NCBI GenBank assembly: GCA_951406725.2
Contig: OX597823.1
Span: 51,150,001-51,214,000, forward strand
DNA from: Octopus vulgaris
Taxonomy: Eukaryota
DNA length: 64,000 nt
Reading direction: 5' to 3'
The notes under the pieces were generated by a model. That model was given only the letters and a program-made list of their open reading frames with translations, searched no databases and had not been told where the DNA came from. The translations under genes and the position numbers were made by a program. This document shows, in pieces, positions 1 to 14,040 of this stretch (position 1 is its first letter; every line of letters begins with the position of its first letter).

Positions 1-16
1 TATATATATATATATA

Positions 17-74
<58 letters not shown>

Positions 75-1023
75 TATGTCGATGTAAGAACACTACAAAA
101 CCGTGCATAACTTCCTCAGTAAATTTAGTGAATTAATAATATATACATCTTTAACAAGAAACAGTTTGAATAGCCTGTCACAAGAAAACTACATGTAAAA
201 TCGAGGTAGGTATTAATACAAAGAAATACACCTACAAAACAAACTAACCCGTGTATAGTGATCTATATATAATACAACATGAGAAATATGTTGAGATTTT
301 GAACATTGAAATATTATTGGAATATAATTTATATAATTTATACTAAATGATGCTGTATCGGCAATGTCTTGATTTGAAATCAGACAATAACTATCGGCCA
401 ATTCATAACTCTGTACGTGATATAATGACCTAAAATGTCTTATTGTTATGATTGAAGAGATAAAAACCTGATTTCGTTAAGATTTCAGAGATAAGAGTTG
501 ACGTGAAATATGAAATAAACAGATCAGTATATAGATTAATAAAACAGCAAGGATTTTGGAAAGCATAACTTGTATATATCTTTGGTCTTATAGCGTGTTA
601 ATGATATGTTTTCCTTCATTTACAATTTCTATTATGATTTTAGCAAAGTTCTGTAAAGACGCCACAGTATTTTAGGAAAATCCGGAGTAGCTATCAAACA
701 AAAAACAGAAGGAAAACAGGAAAAAAAGAAACGGACAGGACAATATATCGCACTGAGAGGAAATGGGAAACACTAAAGATTGGCAAGGAAGTTAAAAAGA
801 AAAATGTTTTGTTGTGTTTTTGGAGGGTCAGTACGTCAAAGATGACAACATACCAATGCGTGTGTTATATTTGGCATGATGACCCTCCCAAGACACAAGT
901 CTTGTTTCAACATATGAATTCACTTCAAGATTCTTGCCAACCAAATACGAAAAAGAATAAAAGTGTAAAGAAAATCTTTCTGAAGGCGAACACTGTGATG
1001 CTATTTAAAAATCTAATTTCGAA

Positions 1024-1230
1024 TTGTGGCACCAGGCCAGCAAGATTTTGAGGAAGGGTTCAGTCGATTACATCAAACCCAGTGCTCGCCAACTCATTAT
1101 TTTTATCGACCCCGAAGAGATGAAAGGTAAAGTGGATCTCGGTGGAATTTGAACTCAGAGCGTGAGGACGGACGAAATGCCGCTAAGCATTTAGCTCGGC
1201 GTGTTAACGATTCTGTCAGCTCGTAGCCTT
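1024..1230 (-). mobile_element. tRNA-derived SINE family A (Meta-domain-like body)
   Basis: Minus strand reads aaggctacgagctgacagaatcgttaac...ctgagttcaaattccaccgag...tttcatctcttcggggtcgataaaa. The same sequence recurs about 20 times in the window. The body resembles the MetaSINE domain from memory. Confidence 0.8.
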
Positions 1231-2356
1231 AAAAATAGAAGGCTGACCGTTGTTCTCGAACCGAGTACAAGGGTTGTACTATCTGATTAAAATAATCTCT
1301 GATGTTATTTAAAATACTACCAGAAATTAATGATCGACTGAAAGTGAACAGTCAGTGATTTTCTAAAACAGGAACATGGAGCAAAATGAAATGATAACTG
1401 GAAGTGTGGAGGACTTAAGCGTGGTAGTTGCTGTGTATGTGTGTGGCATAAGAACATGTATGTGCAAAAAAGAATGTAGGATGTATGTGTTTGAGAGAGC
1501 TTGTCAGTGTGTATAGATGTTTCCACGTTTGTGTGTGTAAGTCTTACCGGAGTATGGTGGTGTAAGAAACAGACTATAGTAAGATACAGATAAGTATGGA
1601 CAGGAAAATTTGTTGTGGCGATCATACGGCCTACAGCCGGTCCGTCAATAGACAATAATCTCCGATTAGTATATGTTGCAGAAAATAACATTTCAGTTGG
1701 TAACAGCCAAGGAGAGGGGAACCGGAAGCGTGTAAGTTTGAGGTGTTCTGAAAACAATAACAGGGACAGGAACAGGAAGAGGATCCATGTTTTGTGTGAA
1801 GTGGAGTAAGAAGGCTATCTATGTAGAAGCTAGTTCTGAAGGTGGGTGAGTGTCGAGGACAGTTTTGGGAAAAACGAAAGTTGCACTGAATCGTGAGGTG
1901 GCGATGTCGAGTGGCATAGAAAAAGTGAAGGGTTATAGGTTGTCGGCGTGTACGGAGATTGTGGGCCGTATGGGGTCAATAGCAAGTGATAACAGGATGG
2001 TGAGTAGTGTCAGAGGTTGAGTTAAGCATGAATTAAAACCAATTCAACTTTAAGATGGGACTGGACAACAGCGCCAGAGTCCTGGATACAGAGATGGACA
2101 AAGTGATGAGACAACAAGTAGAAGACAGATGACTTGGAATGCAGAAAAAATGGCATTGGGATGGGAGTTGGTAGGTTATTACAATTTTGGTAGTATTTTA
2201 AGGGATGGAGAGGAGTTCTGGAAATATTTAATTGTTATGAAATGACATGAAATTACATACAGACACTATGTACAGCTCATATTCTTCATTATATAATTGA
2301 TGAAACGAATCTTCATAATGGTATTCCTGAAATCGGAAACGATATCATATAAGCAT

Positions 2357-2740
2357 GCGCAGGCACGGCTGTGTGGGTAAGGTCTTTGCTTCCTAACCAC
2401 ATGGTCCCGAGTTCAGTCCCACTGCGTTGCACCTTGGGTGAGTATCTTCTACTCTAGCCTCAGGCCGATTAAAGCCTTGTGAGTGTATGTATTTATCTAA
2501 GCATGTATGCTTCTGTGTATACATGTGTGTGTCTTTGTCTTTGTGTTGGTGCCTGTCCCTTCACCACTTGACAACCGGCGTTGATTTGTTATGTCTCGTA
2601 ACTTAGCGGTCCGGCAAAAACACATGATAAAAGTACCATGCTTAAAGATATGTACTGGAGTCGATTCCTTCAACTAAGATTCGTCAAGGCGGTGCCCCAG
2701 CATCGATGCAGTCTAATGACGGCAACAAGTAAAAAGATGA
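2357..2740 (+). mobile_element. tRNA-derived SINE family B (CORE-like, resembles octopus OR SINEs)
   Basis: Head ggctgtgtgggtaagg...gttcagtccc, CORE-like accttgggtgagtatctt, internal TG/TA tract, and tail gtgccccagcat...aacaagtaaaaag. Homologous to 46557-46932 and 56281-56700. Confidence 0.8.
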
Positions 2741-3476
2741 ATGATAGACAATTTAATTTCTGTTACCTACTTCTTGGATATTTTGATATTTTAGTGACTG
2801 ATTCAAGTTACAACCGATTAGATTACAGATTTCTGTATAAAATAGATTTCTATGAACTTGTACAGTAAATAAGAATCAGTCAGAGAATGAACAGACATGC
2901 AAAGGAAAGTTAGAAAACTGTGTGTTTATATGCAACCGAAAATATCTGTCCTGTCTCCATAAGTTAATGATAATTATTTCGAAAAGCTCTACTGAAAAAT
3001 ATATTAAGTTAGATAATTTGAAATACTCGTTAGCAATTTATGTATTGACTAGACAGACAAGCCATATCTCGATTCGTTAAATTCGTCTGAGATGGCTCGA
3101 AAACAAATTGGAAATTAATCAGAAAAAGATGAATATCGGATGTACTCATATTAAGAAAATCTGCATATGTAGATATACGTATGTAATATGTGTGTAAGTG
3201 TATGTATGAATACATACATACATACATACATACATACATACATACATACATACCGTCATCTACAGAATTATATATGAATATGTATGATTATATATGAATA
3301 TGTATCTGTACGTATGTATCTACGTACGTATGTAAGTATGTATATATGTTTGTATACACACACACATACAGACAGAACACACACACACATAGTTTACTTT
3401 TCCGTTAAGATCAACAAAATGTACTCCATTTACCGAGAGATAAATATCATTTAATGTATACTGTGTGCATTAAATA

Positions 3477-3524
<48 letters not shown>

Positions 3525-3534
3525 CTCCACATTA

Positions 3535-3581
<47 letters not shown>

Positions 3582-3764
3582 TGGGTGTACACGCACACAC
3601 AAACAAACACACATACATACACACAAGCACGAACGCAAATATGTTCGAAATTTTCCAGAATGAAGGAAATTATGAGAAATTAATACGTATATCGTTGCGA
3701 AAGTAAGCTATTTTCTCCTTGAATTTTTTTGTTATCAAAAGAACGACTTTCAGGAGCGAAACCT

Positions 3765-3821
<57 letters not shown>

Positions 3822-3829
3822 ATATATAC

Positions 3830-3860
<31 letters not shown>

Positions 3861-3879
3861 CATATGTATATTGCATATC

Positions 3880-4109
3880 TGGGCACAGGACGTCACCAAC
3901 TGTGTAAACAACGTGAAGTACGGAAACAAACGCGTTAAATGCTCAAATAACGAGAGGGAAAAATGGAATGCTCAAAATTAGAAGTAGATAGACAGCCGAC
4001 AACTGATGAAAGGTCGTTCTCTGTTTTACTTGTTCTGTTTTCTCTCGCTATTTGCGTATTTAAGTCGTTTGTTTTCGTACTTCATGTTGTTTACACAGTC
4101 CTATACCCA
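3880..4109. mobile_element. Fold-back element in a (TA)n tract (family P-A, probable Penelope terminal-repeat derivative)
   Basis: ctgtgtaaacaacgtgaagtacggaaacaaacg (~3900) is the near reverse complement of cgtttgttttcgtacttcatgttgtttacacag (~4066-4098). It shares the tgggcacagg end and the cagccgacaactgatga core with 21968-22290. Confidence 0.6.
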
Positions 4110-4280
4110 TATATGCACATATATAAATATATATATTATCTATATTATTGTTTAATTGAACGCCGCGCATCCATTTCCAAGTAAGTTTATATATATATAC
4201 ATATACATACATGCAAACATACACACACACATATATATATACATATAAATGCATGCATACATACATATATGTATATATGT

Positions 4281-4371
<91 letters not shown>

Positions 4372-4624
4372 TATATATATATATGAAACTTTAGCGACTG
4401 AAGAAGGGGATTTTTCGTTGTGCTTATTGTCCTGTATCTCCTTTTTTTTTGCTTGTCTTGTTCCTTGGTTTGTGTCTATGTTTTTCGTCTCTCTATGTGT
4501 TCGACGTCTTTTTGGTGTCCTGTACACATATATGCGTGTATATGTACATGTAGAGGTAGGTACGTACATATATGTTTATATATATGCATATATTTTATTA
4601 ACATATATATATATATATATATAT

Positions 4625-4713
4625 AAAGTTAATCCAAACAAGAAAAACAAAAAAGACAACAACGCAAAAAGTGGAACAATTAAAGTATTATTAGGCGCTC
4701 AGGAAAAAAGGGG

Positions 4714-4716
<3 letters not shown>
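4625..4716 (-). mobile_element. Truncated copy of hammerhead-bearing family P-B (ribozyme part absent)
   Basis: aaagttaatccaaacaagaaaa...gtggaacaattaaagtattattaggcgctcaggaa aligns to 21699-21790 and is flanked by (TA)n. Confidence 0.7.
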
Positions 4717-4776
<60 letters not shown>

Positions 4777-4844
4777 TTTATTTCTGTGATGTGTCTCATG
4801 TATGCGGGAGTCCTATTTTTCCTGTATGCATATTTGTATATATG

Positions 4845-4875
<31 letters not shown>

Positions 4876-4879
4876 CAAA

Positions 4880-5070
4880 ATTCAGTGCAAGACTACCAGT
4901 TTCAGGGGAACTTCAACGTCAGATCTCAGGTGGTATTCATTTTGTTTATGGACCCCGAAAGGATGAGAGGCACATTCGACCCAGTAAGCATTTGAACTCA
5001 GAACGTAAAGGCGGACGAAATGCCGCCGAGCGTTCTGCCCGGCGTGTTAACGATTCTGTCATCTCACCTT
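4880..5070 (-). mobile_element. SINE family A, degenerate
   Basis: gaccccgaaaggatgagagg...tttgaactcagaacgtaaaggcggacgaaatgccgc matches the other copies. Confidence 0.7.
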
Positions 5071-5415
5071 CTTTATATATGGTAGAAACCACTTGCCCAA
5101 GATGCCATGCAGTTGGACTGAACTTGCAACCATGTGATTGGGACGGAAACTTCTCACCGCACAGCTACACCTGCGTCTGCACGCAAAATGATAATGCAAT
5201 ATAATTCAGATAACTTAGATATGGTTCGGCCAAAGATTGGACCAGGCCACATCTAGTTTATTAGGTCCATCATATAGTATCTGCTGTATCATTCCTATGT
5301 CAAGTTTTGTGGTATTATGGCCCATTGAAGAAGGTTGTTGATGTCGACTGAGATGTATCCAGGTATATAATGCCTGAAAGTGTTACACACCACCACTGTT
5401 TTGCATAGTTTACCT

Positions 5416-5681
5416 CAGTGGTTCTCAACCATTTTATACCTGTGGACCTCCTTGATTCTTACTTTACCCTCCTGGTCTACCATAGCCATTCAATATATTT
5501 GAAATAATTCTACCGTATTTTATAATTAAATATTATTAAGAATTGTGTAAAAAATTGAAATATTTTGTTTATTGTAGAAGTAATTTATTCTACATAAATT
5601 TTAACAAAAGAATCTTATAAGAGCCCTAAGAAAGTCATACGGACCCCAAGGGTCGTATGGACCCCCGGTTGAGAACCTATT
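5416..5681. mobile_element. Non-autonomous hAT (Charlie-like) MITE
   Basis: Left TIR cagtggttctcaacc at 5416 and right ggttgagaacc at 5667-5677. CAGTGGTTCTCAA is the typical hAT-Charlie terminus. The interior is AT-rich and non-coding. Confidence 0.7.
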
Positions 5682-7469
5682 TGACTACTGTACTTTGTAT
5701 AGCCTCACGTTAGAGCCAACGAGTCCGGGAGAAAAATTCTAAGATAAAACGTGCCACATAGAAAGGTTAAGAGACCACAATTAATACCCATCTTAGCTGG
5801 TTCTTATCCATCAGGAAAAGGGAGATGTTTCGGCTCCCCTAAGAGAATATCATTAGTTATTTTGCAAAAAGTTAGCAACGCTTAAAAAACAATCTCTTGC
5901 AAGTCGCTTACGTACATTGACATATTCAAAGAGATACCTCCAGGCAGTCGGATAAAATAACCCACTACGGTAGTCATGATGTCCAGCGATCGACAGCATC
6001 AAATGAACGTGATGATGTGTGTGTGTATGTGTGTGTGTGTGTGTGAGTATAAATATCTATATTTATAAATAATAATGAACGTACATGCATGCTCCACATG
6101 CACCACACGCACATGCGTACATATACATATATATATATATACAAATATGTATATATATGATATATGTGTGTGCAAGTGTGTTAATGTGTACGCGCGAATG
6201 AATTAATAAATATATGTATATATTGATACAGTAATATATAAATATAGATTTAGATATGTATGTACATATTTATATGTATACATCATATCATATATGTATA
6301 TATATTCCATCATACAAATATATATATATGTATGCATACACATACCTATATGTGTATGTATACATACAGGCATACATACATAGGAATACATATAAATACA
6401 TACATATATATATATATATACATATACATACATACATACATACATAGACGTACATATATATACATACATATATATATATACATGCATACATACAGAGCCA
6501 TACATATATATTCATACATACACACATACACACACGCATACACACATATATATGCATGTATATAGAGCACTATGAGACGCCTGTGTTTATGCACGTTTGT
6601 GTGTGTTTCTGTGTGTATATGTGTGTCTGTGTTTGTGTGTGCAAGTGTGTGTGAATGCATATACACACATACACAAACCCACACACACACATATGTATAC
6701 ATATACAGATTTATATACATAGGTGTACACCTACATACATATAAGGGGATTATATGTACGTGTCTCCGGTGAATGCAAACTCGGTGGAAAACACACGCTT
6801 GAACCCATTTTCTCAAATCGGAATCCAACTTGTTCGCCAATTCGGAAATTCGTAACAGGAAATACCGTGTGATCATTTAACATTATCTTCTAATTATCTT
6901 TTTCCTTTTATCTTTTATCTCATTTTTTTGTTTCTACTTTTTTTTTTCTGTGGGCCTTCTTTTCATATTTTGTCATTCTTGCTATTGTTTTTGTCCCTTC
7001 CTTCATTTCTGTCTGTCTGTCTGTCTGTCTCTCTTTTTTTTCTATCGTCGTTTGTTTTCCCTCACCGACACAAATTTCGTTCGGTTTTTGTTTTGTTACA
7101 TTCCCTTCTTCGATCCGCTGCAATCAGCTGCAGACGTTACATACACCGCTGCTGCGAATCTTGGCATATCAGAGCATCCTGACGGAAAGTCTTCTAGGGG
7201 GCTTTTAGAACACACAAATCCGGATCAATCTCAATTAATGGCTCAGGGTTCATTTAACATATTTGTCCGGTGTCAATTAGACAACGTAAGAGGGAAATTC
7301 TATTAAAACGGCCTGCTGACACAACGAACTCGGCTTTGCTCTCGCCGGCTTTTAAATTACTATAATTCTCGACGTAGTCGACTCAACCCCCATTCAGCTA
7401 GACTGAACAAGAAAGAACCAGTCACCACACACTTTACATATCCAGCTGCCTGCCAGGAGAAAATGTTTA

Positions 7470-7791
7470 TGACGTTTCATCATCGTCATCGTCATCGCCG
7501 TAGTCGTCGTAGTCGTAGCTGCCATCTTTGTCGTCGTCGTCGTCATAGAGCTCGTTATCCTCAACATAGTTATCCTCCTCATTCTACTCTCTATCCTCTT
7601 TAGCATCATCATGATCAACATCATCATCATCATCATCATCATCATCACGATCATCGTCAACCCCTCCTCTTCCTCAACCACATCATCATCATCATCATCA
7701 TCGTTGCCATTGTTATTGTCGTCGTCTTCGCGATGATCATGATAATTGTCATCATCATAGTCATCGTTGTCGTCGTCGTCGTCATCATCAC

Positions 7792-7822
<31 letters not shown>

Positions 7823-8055
7823 TTCACCATTATCATCGTCGTCGTTTTCACCATTATTATTGTCATAGTCATCATCGTCATCGTCATCACCATCAGCATT
7901 ATCTTCGTCATTAATAATGTCGTCGCCGTCGTCATCTTCATCATCATCATGATCATCATCGTCCTCCTTACAATCATTATCATCGCCCCCTTACAATCAT
8001 CAACATCATCACCACCACTACCACGACCAAAAACCACCACCATCACAACCACTAC

Positions 8056-8131
<76 letters not shown>

Positions 8132-8150
8132 GTCATCATCAACATCATCA
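7470..8150 (+). repeat. Compound (ATC/GTC/ACC)n trinucleotide tract
   Basis: Seen directly; explains the poly-M and poly-I ORFs. Confidence 0.95.
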
Positions 8151-8432
8151 ATTGCATATCAGAATCGTGTCAGCTGGAGTTAGTCGTTAAAGTATCGGTC
8201 AGGCGAGTCAAAGGTATCGGTGTTCAATACTGGCGTTGGTCAGCAGCGATTCCTCTTCGCTTAGCTGCCCACCATGTCTTTGGGAAATGTAGTTAAAATA
8301 CCGTAAATACCAACAACTTGCTAATTACACAGAATACCACAGCTCTTTCACACTAATCAGAAAGAATGATGTCATGATTGCTATAGTGAGGGCAAAACCT
8401 GCGCTACGTGAACGCTATAATTTAGTTTAGTG

Positions 8433-8454
8433 GAAGAGAGAGGAACAGAGAGGA

Positions 8455-8510
<56 letters not shown>

Positions 8511-8600
8511 GAAGAAATAGATAGACTGAGAGCGAGAGAGGAACAGAGAGAGAGAGAGACGGACAGACAGAGAGACAGAGAGCGAGAAAGGGAGAGAGAA
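8433..8600 (+). repeat. (AG)n polypurine tract
   Basis: Seen directly. Confidence 0.95.
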
Positions 8601-9891
8601 GGGCTATGAAAGCGGTTAAAAGAGAAAGTGTGTGATGGGGTGGGTTCGGCATGCTTTTACCAATCTGCCTAGAAATGAACTAATTAAGAAAATTAACAAC
8701 AATGCTAAAATATATCAATTTTGGAACTAACTATCCCCGTTAATGAAGAAAGCATTTCTGTACTTTGTTTGTGGCGTGTATATGTACGAATGAGTGCTTG
8801 GATGCATGCATGCATGCATGTAGGAATGCCTGTATGTGTGCATGTATGTATTTATATATGTATGTGAGTGAGTTTGTATGTATGTATTTATGTATGTATG
8901 AGAGTGAGTTTGTATGTATGTATTTAAGTATGTATGTATGTATGGTTATATGTATATATGTGAGTGTTCTTGGTGGCGTGGAGTATAAGGTGAGATTGCC
9001 TGGAAACTAAATACAATGCCACTCACTAATTTGGTAAACACGTTACAGAGTAATAAGCTATAAAGTAGTTTGTTAAGATTGACATTCGAAGCATTAGGAA
9101 TGATAATCTTGAAGATTAAGTAAGTCACTCTTTCCTTTCTGTGAAAGGATGTAGAAAGAAAGAATAATAGAGTCTTTTAGGACAAACAATGTTTGCGAGA
9201 ATAAATATATATTCCATAGTAAACATGTGAGCTGGCATCAAAATGGCTATAGACATACATTTACATAAATGTTATAAATGGTATGGTAGAGAAAGGCAGA
9301 CATTAAAGTGCTATGGACACCGGCAGTCTGTTTAGAGGTCTTTATACAATAAGCGTCATACCATATATTTGTAACACATTTACATTTATAAATATGTAAC
9401 ACAAGGCTAATATAACATATAAAAGTGTGATTTGCGACAAAAATGTGCATAAATTAACAGCATGGAAAGTCATGCACGCACACAAACATACACTTAGACA
9501 CTCACGCACGTTATTATACATATATAGAGTTCGAATGAAGCTTGGGTGTGAAATATCAGTACGAAAACGAAAACTGGAACAAAGAACAAAAAACAAAAAA
9601 ACAAAAGAAAAGCTACACTTCTTGTTTTAGTTGATGGCTGTGGGTTCGCTCTCACCATGATATGTAAAATAATTATTGAAAATATTAAGCGAATATAATG
9701 ATGCTAGCTATATGCTCACACACATACGCCAACATTCATATCGATATATTTCTATATGCGTACTCACACGCACAAACACACAAGTACACAAGCATACTTG
9801 CGCACCTACCTGTAGACATACATGCATTTGCACAAGCTCACACATACACACATTAATATACATCTCTCTCTATCTCTCTCTCTCTCTGTAC

Positions 9892-9934
<43 letters not shown>

Positions 9935-10347
9935 TATAGATATATACATATATAGTTGTATTTCGGGAAGGTCATTTTTCTTTTTTTCTGTTGCCAAACA
10001 AACACACGCACTATACATTTGTTCTTCACTTTGCTTATTACTGTTCTTATTCTAACTCATGTCCATTGTCCGGAAGTCTTTCGTTACACATCTGTGACCT
10101 CTTCACCGACACTGTCTGTCTCCGTGTGTATTATTGCTCCACTGTGTGTATGTGTGTGTGATTGTTCTTAGTAGCACTATGACCTTCCTCTCAGCTCCAT
10201 CCTCTCCCCCATTGTCGCTGCTGCTGTCCTAGGACCTGAAGTTTGGTACAGTTCGTGTATCTCTCTGTGTTTGTGTGTGTGTTCACCAACGCTGCTATCG
10301 TAGTAGTAGGTGCTTTTGTTATTGCCCTCGTTGTAGTTATATATATA

Positions 10348-10404
<57 letters not shown>

Positions 10405-10407
<3 letters not shown>

Positions 10408-11285
10408 GGTCTGATCAATAAGTATGCAGGCTGTTGCTATAGTAACGAAGCTAAAGCACGCAGAATAAAGCTGCTTGGCACAAATTGACCCTGAACTCTG
10501 CTGTCCATGTGAAATAAGTTTTAGCGTTCTAGCTCGCTTCTGCTGTTTACAGCAGTGCTTGGAAGGAAGGTGTGTAGCGTGTGATTGTCACATTGACCAT
10601 GACAAAAAGTTGAGCAGAGAATCTGCATCAAATTTTGTCAAAGCTTGGCGATACCTGCTCAAAGTTTTCAAAATGTGCTTATCTTTCTCGACGCAGTCAA
10701 GAAGATCTTGTGCAACTGAAACCTGATTGTCTTTTAGTCAGCTGAAAGCAGTTTTGGCACAAACTTGGCAGACACGCGTCTCATACTGAAATCCTCAGTG
10801 ATAATGGACTGAACTGAATCTTAATTAATCAGCACATCCTGAATAACTTACAGATGGTGATTTGATGATACCCCGCCTAACTTCTGTACGCACATCTGCG
10901 ATGTTTCTTCTCAGTTTTACTGGTTGCTGGTCATCTAGACCGTTTGTCAATATCGACATTTTTTCGACCATCTTGGAAACGTCTGAAACACTCGTACACT
11001 TGTGTGCGGCTCATACACTCCTCTCCAAACACTTTCTGCAACTTTGCATAGGCCTCTAAGCAGGTATTGCTATGACAACTTTCTTTGTCTTGGTCAATGC
11101 GACAATCACACGCAACACACCTTCCTTCCAAGCAATGTTGTAAACAGCGGAAGTGAGCTAGAACTTTGAAACCTACTGCAAATGCACAGTAGAGTTCAAG
11201 TTCAATCTGTCCCAAGTAGCTTCACTCTACGTATTTTAGCTTCGTTACTATGGCAACAGTCCGGATACCTATTGATCAGACCTCG
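10405..11285. mobile_element. Mariner-derived non-autonomous element built from two inverted 5' ends
   Basis: Ends are catggtctgatcaata and tattgatcagacctcg, with about 200 bp of imperfect inverted arms. The left arm runs into the transposase start (MTK..EQRICIKFCQ). The minus strand encodes EAYAKLQKVFGEECMSRTQVYECFRRFQDGRKNVD and RRVSAKFVPKLL. Confidence 0.85.
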
Positions 11286-12879
11286 TTTATATAACATACA
11301 CACACGCGAGTGCAAGAATATAATTTGGGTATAGGGACATAGTGACGAAAAAAATTGTACCATTTCATGTATGTTTGAACACATATTCGGACCAGTAAGA
11401 ACTCCATTTATTGTCTTCTTAAAGGTTCAATATGTTTCAAACATATTTGAACTGGTTACAAATTTATATTTATATAAATCACTCCTCAGCGCTTCTAAAC
11501 CATTATCTTTTATTATTTGCATTCTTAACAGCCATTTTTACTATAAGCACAAAGTTTGAAATGTTGTGGGAGGTTGCTAGTCTTTTACATCAGCCCATTA
11601 CTGAACTGTTACTTATTTTATAAACCTGAAAATGTTGAAACGCAAATCCAGCCTCGACGGGGTTTGAGCTCAGACGAAATGCTAGTAAGTATTTTGTCTT
11701 GTGTGCTAACGATTCTGCCAGCTCACCACGTTATCCTTAAGAATCATTAAAAAGTTCCTAGTAATTTCTCATCCATGTTCCAGTGTCTCAGGTACTCGAT
11801 TTTATTCTGTCGGATGCCGTTTTGTTTAGGTGTCTGTTATCTTAGCCGCAACATGAGACAAATCTTGTGGGAGAAGGTGGAGGATGAAAACTATTTGGCA
11901 TGTAAAGGGCGTAATTTAAACGTCTACCCTTGTCATACTCAATGTCACCATGATTCCTCTTGAATATTATGGTAAGAGTATGCTTAGCCATTCACACAAT
12001 TATTATAATAGTAAACCATTCCGTTGATTGAAAGATTGGAACACTCGTTATCGAATCCAGTGCAGTTCTTTAAGATAGAATGTTCTTCCTTATATGAAGC
12101 GTAACACTAAATGAGACAAATTCATTCAGCACAAAGATCCTCACAGGCCTCGTGACTCGTATGTACTAAGACCAGTATACTGCAACAGCGATTTTTAGAA
12201 TTCAAGCAAAACAATCGGGTGTAAGATCACCTAAAAATGTACAATAAAATCAAGTCTAGCTGGAAGTGGGCCTCACTCCAAGAATATGAATTTAAGACAC
12301 CGGTTATAGATACTACAGGGGCTTCAGAACAATAAACAGCTTTGAAGCCCAGTAGTGTTTACAGTACTTCAAAGCAAGCTATGAGATGCATATAAGACTT
12401 CTGCTGCTGCCCTAACGAGTGGTGTCGAATCACCAAGTTGCGGCCATCACTGTACGTGGCTTTGGCCTAAAAGGTCATATGTGTCTTTTGACGTTCACAG
12501 CACGGCATATAGTTATCCTCAGATTTCAAGAGACTACCATCGTATCTCTACGTGTATTTACCGTTGACGGCAAAATCCCTGGAGCGTCGAACAAAACTTC
12601 CTTATGGTATATATTTAGGACCTCTTCGAAGACCTATGCGTATCAAGTGCTATCAAACAGTTTTGAAATTTTTTAGGAAAGTGATTTATAACTGTCCTAG
12701 ATGATTGTAAATTTAGTACATCATTACCATACATCTGATAAACTGACCAGTTTATTTTTTTTTAATTCCAGATTGAAATAAACAATTGTTAAACCACTTT
12801 GAACGCATCCTACTAAACACTGTTTGTCATAGCTGAGAAGGTTGCAAAATACAGTCGAGACGTCTGGAAGCTCCCTTTG

Positions 12880-13170
12880 GAAAAAAATTGACCTTCAGCC
12901 TCCCTACAGTTCAGCCCTTGCTCTCAGTGACTTTTGATTGTTTCCCCAAATTGAAGAAGAATCTCAGGGACAGTTATTTTGAAGAGCAAGAAAGTGGACG
13001 TGACAAGGGTCCTGGACACCCTGACACCTTCCCTGTAGGGCATATGGGGCCTTCACGAAGTGGCTGGAGCGTCATAGCAAGTGCAATGAACGAGATTAGA
13101 AGTTTGTATTTCTGCGAAATTAATTAATGTCTCTCCTGAAAATGTCTGAAAACTTCTTAAATGCACCTTA
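12880..13170 (+). pseudogene. Mariner transposase C-terminal remnant with probable 3' TIR
   Basis: QPPYSSALALSDF*LFPKLKKNLR corresponds to the YSPDLAP-DF-LF motif, followed by FTKWLERHSKC. Confidence 0.75.
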
Positions 13171-13799
13171 TATATGTTCTTTATACAGAAGGCACACTTG
13201 GTAATTTTTTCTGACATTATTTATTAAAATTTGCAGTAATAAATACCATTAACGTACACTCCATTCTACAATTCATTTTTTTCCTTTGCCCTCCACCTAC
13301 TCTGTTTTCACTTTCCCATTTATCTCATTATCTCATTATCGTTTATTCTTACCTGTTATATTCCTTCTTCTGTGATTACCCCTCACAAATTCTTTCCTCT
13401 ATAAGTCATTCATCGAACACCTATGTATCTGACTGCCCTTCTTTCTCAACCTCCCCTCTTAGCTCTTCACCTCATCTTTTTTCTCTCTCCTTTTTCTTCT
13501 TTCCCTTTTCCCCTTCAGCTAATCACGTGAAAGCGTTACTATTACATTCCCCCTGCCTTTGTCATGGACGCTTCTCTCTCCCTCGTTTTCTCTCGCTCCT
13601 TTTGTGCCTCCCTCTTTTCTTTCCCCCTCTTTTCCTCTAATCACGCTTTCACGTGATTAGAGGAAAGCAGCGCAATGACTTGCAGAATTATTATAAGGTC
13701 TACATTCTCATTGTTTTTCTACTTTTCCTCTTTGCTATTTCCTTCTTTTTGCATTTCTGCCCTCTTAAACGAGTATACACGCGCGCGCACACACACTGC

Positions 13800-14040
13800 C
13801 ATCTACGTATCATACTTAATGTTTGCATACTCACTATCGGGGCACCAGCTTCTGCGGTATTTTGTTCTAAAATATCATCTCTACGTCAGAAACACAATAA
13901 ATTTCTGAAATAGTCGAAAATTTGCACCAGCAATGGCCAAAGAAATCGTCAGATGCATTTCAGCCTTCTTGGGCGTTTTCGAAGAGGTGTATACGCAGTC
14001 AACCACATGCTCAGACGAGAATACGCCACTTCTAAAATAG
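13800..14040 (+). pseudogene. Possible hAT transposase dimerisation-domain remnant
   Basis: Frameshifted pieces ILTIGAPASA / AMAKEIVRCISAFLGV / EYATSK loosely resemble the hAT C-terminal pattern. Weak. Confidence 0.25.

Noticed and set aside
1317-2280. 146-aa minus-strand ORF and adjacent purine-rich sequence as a gene
   Set aside because: No recognisable motif. Probably a decayed retroelement, but I cannot assign it.
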